64,000 nt of DNA, from the IMG/VR virus record IMGVR_UViG_3300025601_000007; one strand, given 5' to 3'. This DNA is from a virus (Duplodnaviria > Caudoviricetes). Both the position numbers and the translations under genes were made by a program. A model generated the notes under the pieces. It was not told the origin of the DNA, ran no database searches, and saw nothing but the letters and a program-made list of their open reading frames with translations. Shown one piece after another: positions 58,698 through 64,000 of the stretch; the first letter of the stretch is position 1, and each line of letters begins with the position of its first letter.

Positions 58698-60557
58698 TTA
58701 GCTTTTTAATTCAAGTTTATACCTCTTCATAACATCTATTAGAATACCTGAGCGAACGATTTCATCTTCTGTGAATTGTATAAAACCAATTTTTGGAAGG
58801 CCTTGAAACCTATTAAAAGCATCGTCTAATCCTGAGCGCTGACCATTTCTTAGATAAAGGTCTGTTTGGTCTGTGTCTCCGATAATTATAAGCTTTGAAC
58901 TTTCTCCTTTACGAGAAATCCAAAGCTTTAACCCAGCTACTGTTGTATTCTGCGCTTCATCAATTATTGCTACTGAATTTTCAAACGTTTCACCACGAAG
59001 ATATGCAAGAGGAACATATTTAACAACGTCATTCTGAATGAAGTCCTTTGTCTTTGTTGAGCCTACAAGTTTTTTAAAATTTCCCAAAAATGAGTCCATA
59101 TAGGGGTCTATTTTTGAGTCTATGTCTCCAGGTAAGAACCCTATTGATTCGCCAGCTTCTACAATTGGTTTTGTGAGTATAATCTGGCTATATTCGTTGT
59201 CAATTTTCAGTAATTCTAAAGCAGTTTTTAAACTAAGTAAGGTGTTGTGAGTAACATTATAATCTCTTGTCACATATAAATGTCTTGGGTGGTCTATGTG
59301 AATACAAACACACTCTTCTTCTCCTTGTTTTTCGACACCAGTAATATATTTTATTTTCATTCTTTTTTTATCAGAAAATAGTCCTGCTTTTCTTGATAAC
59401 TTAAAAGGGTTAAGCGTTTCAAATAAAACAGTGACAACATAGCATATCTTTCCTTGCTTTTTTTCTCCAAATTTATCTGTAAAAAAGGGTTTTTTAGTTC
59501 TAATTGAAGAAATACCACCAAGGCTTCTAATTAGCTCCATGACTTGACTAGCTAAAATTTGCGACGTGGTGTAATATTCAATAGAAGAGCCATTTTTAGG
59601 GATATGCCCATCTGTATCCATTAAACCCCTTAGTAACTCCACCCTATCTTCAACAGAAGAGTAGAGATATTTATCAGGAATTATTTTCTCATGAGATTTT
59701 TGACCCATTAAACCTAAATCCCTCATCTCAAAGAGGAGTAAATTATTCGCCTTATTTGACCTTGTCTTAGTTGTTATGTAATAATCATAATTATCTCCAG
59801 GTTTTTTACTTATCTTAACAGGGTGAGGGAGGCTTTGCTTAAACTCACAAATAATTTCTTCGTCCGCAGAGCTAAACGAGACAAAATGTTGGCTGTAGCA
59901 CCCGTCGCCTATTAAACAGCCCATTAGATAAGGGTTAATTATTAGTTCTTTATTTGCAAACTGTATAGGATTGCAGATGGGGATTGAGTGGTTTTTCCTG
60001 CCTCGGTTAGTCAGTAAGCTCTCTTTTATTTCAAAAGTAGTTTTTACTGCTCCTGACAGCGGCTCTCTTATTGCAACCCCATTCCTTTTTTTTCTATTAT
60101 TTCTATCAGCTTCTGTTTGTGTTTCCCATAAATGCTCACCACAGCATAGTGTATGCGTTCCATCAGAAAAAGACACCTTATAGACATCTTTTTCTCCTTG
60201 TGGATGAATAGAGTTGACATTTACAGGTGTTCCATCAACCGAAATTACTTTATCTCCAGGACGAATGCTTCCGATTTCCACAAAACCGCCAGGCGTTAAT
60301 ATAGGCTCAGTTAGTGGTTGCGCCTTACCTGTCCCAGCAGCTCCAGCAACAAATGTGATTTCATTTTCCATGATAGTTTTGCACAGAAGCTTTTGCTTAG
60401 CGTTTTTGTGCTTAATATCTTTGTTGATTTGAAAATGAGATATTGCATTAAGCCTATCCATCTGAGCTTCCTTATCTCTCTCTAAGCCCATTTTTTCCAA
60501 GTCGCTTTGTATCTCACGAGATGTTTTTTGGCGTTGTACTTTTCTGTTTTTATTCAT
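58698..60557 (-). CDS. phoH: PhoH-family ATPase containing an intein (259 aa after splicing)
   Basis: GAAGTGK|T Walker A split by the intein; IILTKPIVE, GFLPGD, LRGETF, DEAQN, GDTDQTD, IVRS. Confidence 0.92.
   Translation of the reverse strand: MNKNRKVQRQKTSREIQSDLEKMGLERDKEAQMDRLNAISHFQINKDIKHKNAKQKLLCKTIMENEITFVAGAAGTGKAQPLTEPILTPGGFVEIGSIRPGDKVISVDGTPVNVNSIHPQGEKDVYKVSFSDGTHTLCCGEHLWETQTEADRNNRKKRNGVAIREPLSGAVKTTFEIKESLLTNRGRKNHSIPICNPIQFANKELIINPYLMGCLIGDGCYSQHFVSFSSADEEIICEFKQSLPHPVKISKKPGDNYDYYITTKTRSNKANNLLLFEMRDLGLMGQKSHEKIIPDKYLYSSVEDRVELLRGLMDTDGHIPKNGSSIEYYTTSQILASQVMELIRSLGGISSIRTKKPFFTDKFGEKKQGKICYVVTVLFETLNPFKLSRKAGLFSDKKRMKIKYITGVEKQGEEECVCIHIDHPRHLYVTRDYNVTHNTLLSLKTALELLKIDNEYSQIILTKPIVEAGESIGFLPGDIDSKIDPYMDSFLGNFKKLVGSTKTKDFIQNDVVKYVPLAYLRGETFENSVAIIDEAQNTTVAGLKLWISRKGESSKLIIIGDTDQTDLYLRNGQRSGLDDAFNRFQGLPKIGFIQFTEDEIVRSGILIDVMKRYKLELKS
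59244..60323 (-). mobile_element. Class-3 (Ala1, WCT) intein with a LAGLIDADG homing endonuclease, 360 aa
   Basis: Starts AQPL right after GTGK and ends THN before Thr+1; block B HLW, block F ECVC, block G THN; LAGLIDADG blocks LIGDGC and LRGLMDTDG. Confidence 0.88.
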
Positions 60558-60652
60558 TTAACATTATTATCAGGCATGTGTATCAAGAGTAATCAACCCT
60601 CTTCTCAATATCAATGGATTATTCCAAGCTATTTAGAAGAAACGTTTTATAG

Positions 60653-61744
60653 ATGTCTGAAAAAATTAGCAACGAAGAACTTAAACACAAGATTGTTACC
60701 ACCATAAGAGAGGAAGGTCTTGACGGAATCTTTGGGGAGGAGGTTGTGCTTGCTATTCAAGAAAAAGTTAAGCACATGTACAAACAGCAGCTTGAGAAGT
60801 CTGTATTTGAAGACGTACCGCAAGAAGAGCTTCAAGAGGAAGTTCAGGAAGAGGAAGATGGGCTTCAAGAAACGGATACTAGACCGCCTGTGCAAGGTGG
60901 TCCAAATCAGTTTCCTTATGAAGATGATTTTATTGACTCAAATGCTGTACCAGGGCAAGACGTTGAGCAGGAAGATATAGGGATGACAGCTGGAGAGGCT
61001 GTGTCAAATGTTCCTTACACTCCTGTTCGTGCAAATACTGCACAAGTTCCCAAGCCATTACAAAACCAGGAGCCAGGTGAGATAATTGTGTTTGACTATA
61101 ATGATGTTGCAGCAGTAAGTGGCGAAGGGTTAGCTAACAAACCATTTAGAACAATGGATGACCCAGAGTCTTTGAAGACTATTCACGACTTTTGGATGCA
61201 GGAGGGTAAGACTGATGTTAAAGTGTACGCCGCTAAGTTTGAACAAATAGGGATTGTTAAGTACGATTACCGAAGTGGCACTGCACTGTTTACAGACGAC
61301 AAAGAAGCTCCAGAAGTGATAAAGCCTTCGTATCAAGAAAATCCTTATGCTACACCTAGCACTCCTCATATAGATGAGCCTTCAACAGAAATCGACCTCA
61401 GAAAATCTATTGAGTCATCTGTCGATTTGGAGGCTGTTTTGCTAAAGGTAATGAAAGACATTTTAAAAGATGGACTAGGTGTTGCGCAAGAGCCGACTGT
61501 GCCTACCGAAGTACCAACTGCTCCAGCTGCTCAGCCAGTATATGAGAGACAGACGAAAGAGAACGTTATTAATACGTTTAAAAAAGTTGAAACACCAGAG
61601 GCCATTCAAAATAGACTTCTGGGCGAAAATGATAATCGTGTGGAGTATTTAGGTCAGTCGTCAGAGTATGCGACGTATTTATTTAAAGATAAAAGATACG
61701 TCGTTTTTAATGAGAATGAAAAGACAGCATATCGTCAACCTTGA
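60653..61744 (+). CDS. Acidic, Pro-rich hypothetical protein (363 aa), possibly virion/internal
   Basis: TATTTA box 17 nt upstream; IREE, LQEE and VQEE motifs. Confidence 0.65.
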   Translation: MSEKISNEELKHKIVTTIREEGLDGIFGEEVVLAIQEKVKHMYKQQLEKSVFEDVPQEELQEEVQEEEDGLQETDTRPPVQGGPNQFPYEDDFIDSNAVPGQDVEQEDIGMTAGEAVSNVPYTPVRANTAQVPKPLQNQEPGEIIVFDYNDVAAVSGEGLANKPFRTMDDPESLKTIHDFWMQEGKTDVKVYAAKFEQIGIVKYDYRSGTALFTDDKEAPEVIKPSYQENPYATPSTPHIDEPSTEIDLRKSIESSVDLEAVLLKVMKDILKDGLGVAQEPTVPTEVPTAPAAQPVYERQTKENVINTFKKVETPEAIQNRLLGENDNRVEYLGQSSEYATYLFKDKRYVVFNENEKTAYRQP

Positions 61745-61784
61745 TATTAAGAGGATAATTGACTATTAATTATAAAATAAAAAC

Positions 61785-62060
61785 ATGGAAACAGTTTGGA
61801 AAATAACTAACACAGGAAGATTAGACAAGATTAAGTTCACCGTTGCTATCGCATCGAATAAATCTCCAGGAGTATTCTTAAAGAAAGACGAATTTATTCT
61901 TTCACAAAAAAGAATGACTACAATGCTTGATGCCCAAGCCAAGAGAGGCTACGTGGCAATTGAAGAATTTGAAAATGTAGACAACATCGTTATCGGAGAG
62001 GTAATGAAGATGTCGGATTCTGAGTACGCTCAGAAGCGAGTTCAAGATTACTCTAAGTGA
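61785..62060 (+). CDS. Hypothetical protein (91 aa); its stop codon is supplied by the IS-derived element
   Basis: Ends TCT AAG TGA, where the G-TGA belongs to the element's right end. Confidence 0.7.
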   Translation: METVWKITNTGRLDKIKFTVAIASNKSPGVFLKKDEFILSQKRMTTMLDAQAKRGYVAIEEFENVDNIVIGEVMKMSDSEYAQKRVQDYSK

Positions 62061-62285
62061 ACTACCCACCCACGCCAGAGGCGATGGGATGGGCTTCAAG
62101 GGTCAACGCTCCAACTAGTGTTGGCAACTTACCTTGATTTTTTCTGTCAGTTCCTGACAAAATATTTCTTAATGTACAAAAATACAAAAGTTTAAAGAAA
62201 TAACAAAATTTATTTAAAATAATTAAGATAAGGTCGCTTACATCCCACCCACACTACGTGATGAGTGGGCTTTACGCTCCGTAAT
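62057..62285 (-). mobile_element. Non-autonomous IS200/IS605 (IS608-type) mini-element with no tnpA or tnpB
   Basis: Minus strand: TTAC target, then left end with AAAG guide and hairpin (62244-62269); right end GAAG + hairpin (62065-62093) + TAGT-TCAC. The left boundary is 62280 or 62285 because two TTAC sites lie 5 nt apart. Confidence 0.75.
62177..62207 (-). promoter_or_regulatory. Bacteroidota-type promoter inside the mini-element, facing its right end
   Basis: TTTG-N19-TATTTTTG, an exact match to the -33 TTTG / -7 TAnnTTTG consensus. Confidence 0.65.
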
Positions 62286-62677
62286 GTAAAAATGCAATTC
62301 AAGGTCAAAAAGAAGGAAGGCTAAAATGTGCTCCAGTATCAAAAGCTGAAAGAGAGATAGTAAATAGACTCAGAGAAAAAAGCATAAAATCTGAATCTCA
62401 GTTTTCGTTAGAATCATTCAAGTTCGACATATACATCCCTGATAAAAATCTTCTTATAGAATATAATGGAGACTATTGGCATTGTAATCCTTTAAAATAT
62501 TTACCTAGTTTTATTCATCCTCATAAAAACAAAACAGCTAAAGAACTTTGGAAAGCTGATGATAATAAGAAAAAGCTTGCAATTAAGTCTGGATTCAATC
62601 ACCTTACTATTTGGGAATCTGAATATAATGCAGATAAAAATAAAATAATAGAATCACTGATATCATATGGAGAATAA
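62285..62677 (+). pseudogene. 5'-truncated Vsr/PD-(D/E)xK-type homing endonuclease, missed by the ORF track
   Basis: Open frame without a start: ...SKAEREIVNRL...FKFDIYIPDKNLLIEYNGDYWHCNP...GFNHLTIWESEY...; its stop overlaps the next ATG region. Confidence 0.7.
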
Positions 62678-63956
62678 AAGAATTAAATTGCTAGTTTGCC
62701 CGTCAGATGTGCAAGGCGTCGGGCATTTTCGCTCAATCTGGATGGCTCAGCAACTTAGGAAATCCCACAAAGAGGAGCTCCAAATTAAGATTGATGTCAC
62801 TCCTGATTTTACCAATATAAACTACCTGTCATCATTTGATATAATTCATTTCCACAGACAGCTTGGGCCATTTGAAGCATCTGAGAAACTATTCGCGGAG
62901 CTTCAATCCAAAGGGACTGTGCTGGTGATGGATATTGACGACTTCTGGAGTCCGCCTCCAACTCACCCTCTTTATGATTTGGTGAAAGCTGAAAAAATTG
63001 ACAAGCATATAGAGAACAATTTGAAACTTGTTGATTGGGTCACTACGACCACAGAGATTTTTGCAGAAAAAATCAAAGAGGTCAATAAAAATGTGGTTGT
63101 GATTCCGAACGCTGTAAACCCCGAAGCTAAGATGTGGAGGAGTGAAGCGGTTCCAAACCCTACTGACCGTACAAGAGTTGCTTGGATTGGTGGGTCATCT
63201 CACTTACATGACTTGTTTCTTCTGCGTGACTCAATGGAGATGCTTAATAAGGACCAAGAGCTGAAGGATAAGACACAGATTGTAATGTGTGGATTTGATA
63301 CCAGAGGTAATCTGACCAGCATCGACGACAATGGGAACAGGCACGAAAGACCTATCCAACCACACGAGACGATTTGGATGCAATTCGAAAGAATATTTAC
63401 AGCAGACTACCAGCTTCTAAAAGAGGACAAGGAGTATTTTAACTGGCTGTATAAAATTAAAAATGAAAAGTATCCAAACATGGATGAAAAACCATATTTG
63501 AGACGCTGGACTTTACCTTTGAAAACATATGCAACCCATTACGACCATTGTGATGTTTGTTTAGCTCCTCTAGTAGACCATTACACTCAACAAGTAGGTC
63601 AGGGCCAGAAGGCAAAAATAGTTAAGCGACCTCACATTTTCAACAAAGTAAAATCTGAGTTGAAAGTTATTGAAGCGGGTGTTAAAAGAAAAGCGCTAAT
63701 CGCGCAAGATTTCGGAATCTATTCTAAGACTATTAAAGACGGCGAGACGGGTATTTTGGTTAAGAACAACAAAAAGGGGTGGTATAACGCCATTAAGCAG
63801 GTTGTCGATGACCCTGGGTACCGACAGGAGCTTGCAGACAATCTTCACGACTGGGTGATGGATGAATATTCCATCGATAGAATTAATGGAATCAGAGCAA
63901 GTTTCTACGAGCAAGTTTACGAGGGAATGAAACAAAAAGACAAAATCATCGTATAG
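62667..63956 (+). CDS. GT-B fold (GT4-like) glycosyltransferase
   Basis: GVGHFRSI, MDIDDFW, VIPNAVNP, WIGGSSHLHDL, CLAPL...FNKVKSELKVIEAG. Confidence 0.85.
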   Translation: MENKRIKLLVCPSDVQGVGHFRSIWMAQQLRKSHKEELQIKIDVTPDFTNINYLSSFDIIHFHRQLGPFEASEKLFAELQSKGTVLVMDIDDFWSPPPTHPLYDLVKAEKIDKHIENNLKLVDWVTTTTEIFAEKIKEVNKNVVVIPNAVNPEAKMWRSEAVPNPTDRTRVAWIGGSSHLHDLFLLRDSMEMLNKDQELKDKTQIVMCGFDTRGNLTSIDDNGNRHERPIQPHETIWMQFERIFTADYQLLKEDKEYFNWLYKIKNEKYPNMDEKPYLRRWTLPLKTYATHYDHCDVCLAPLVDHYTQQVGQGQKAKIVKRPHIFNKVKSELKVIEAGVKRKALIAQDFGIYSKTIKDGETGILVKNNKKGWYNAIKQVVDDPGYRQELADNLHDWVMDEYSIDRINGIRASFYEQVYEGMKQKDKIIV

Positions 63957-64000
63957 TTAGGTATAACTACATGAGAACAAAGATACAGCTTAGATAAGAA

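Noticed and set aside
60-63935. The many 60-130 aa ORFs antisense to or overlapping long genes in the ORF track
   Set aside because: No motifs, and they are fully embedded in well-supported genes on another frame; treated as spurious.
1-64000. Stop-codon reassignment (TAG or TGA recoding), as in some large phages
   Set aside because: TAA, TAG and TGA all end long, well-coupled genes. The few broken genes are explained by single-base frameshifts, not in-frame TAG/TGA.
1-64000. CRISPR array, tRNA or rRNA genes
   Set aside because: No regularly spaced repeats with unique spacers, and no cloverleaf or rRNA-like sequence seen in any intergenic region.

Overview
A 64-kb, gene-dense segment of a large T4-like contractile-tailed (jumbo/myo) bacteriophage using standard genetic code 11. 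The host is probably Bacteroidota, since there are A-rich leaders without Shine-Dalgarno motifs and two TTG/TTTG-N19-21-TAnnTTTG host-type promoters. Layout: (i) 32-1439, metallophosphoesterase and RuvC-like resolvase; (ii) 1.5-33 kb, baseplate/tail module (paralogous tail-collar-like proteins, gp6-, gp25-, gp7/gpI- and gp5-like proteins, Calx-beta/DNRLRE-type accessory proteins) interrupted by a free-standing endonuclease, a frameshifted zincin and an orphan DNA methyltransferase; (iii) a gp55-like late sigma factor; (iv) 34-56 kb, a very large glycan locus (NeuA, NeuB, DapA-family aldolase, GT29 sialyltransferase-like gene plus a decayed copy, two exostosin/GT47 genes, further GT-A/GT-B enzymes, FdtA, DegT, methyltransferases) headed by thioredoxin; (v) 56.6-64 kb, acidic putative internal head proteins, PhoH with a class-3 LAGLIDADG intein in its P-loop, a ~225-bp ORF-less IS200/IS605 mini-element with its own promoter facing the right end, a decapitated Vsr-like endonuclease and a GT4. 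A recurrent TATTTA box at the head of transcription units is a likely late promoter. No tRNA, rRNA or CRISPR array was seen. All product calls come from reading motifs by eye; no database search was run. The single-base frameshifts could be assembly errors.
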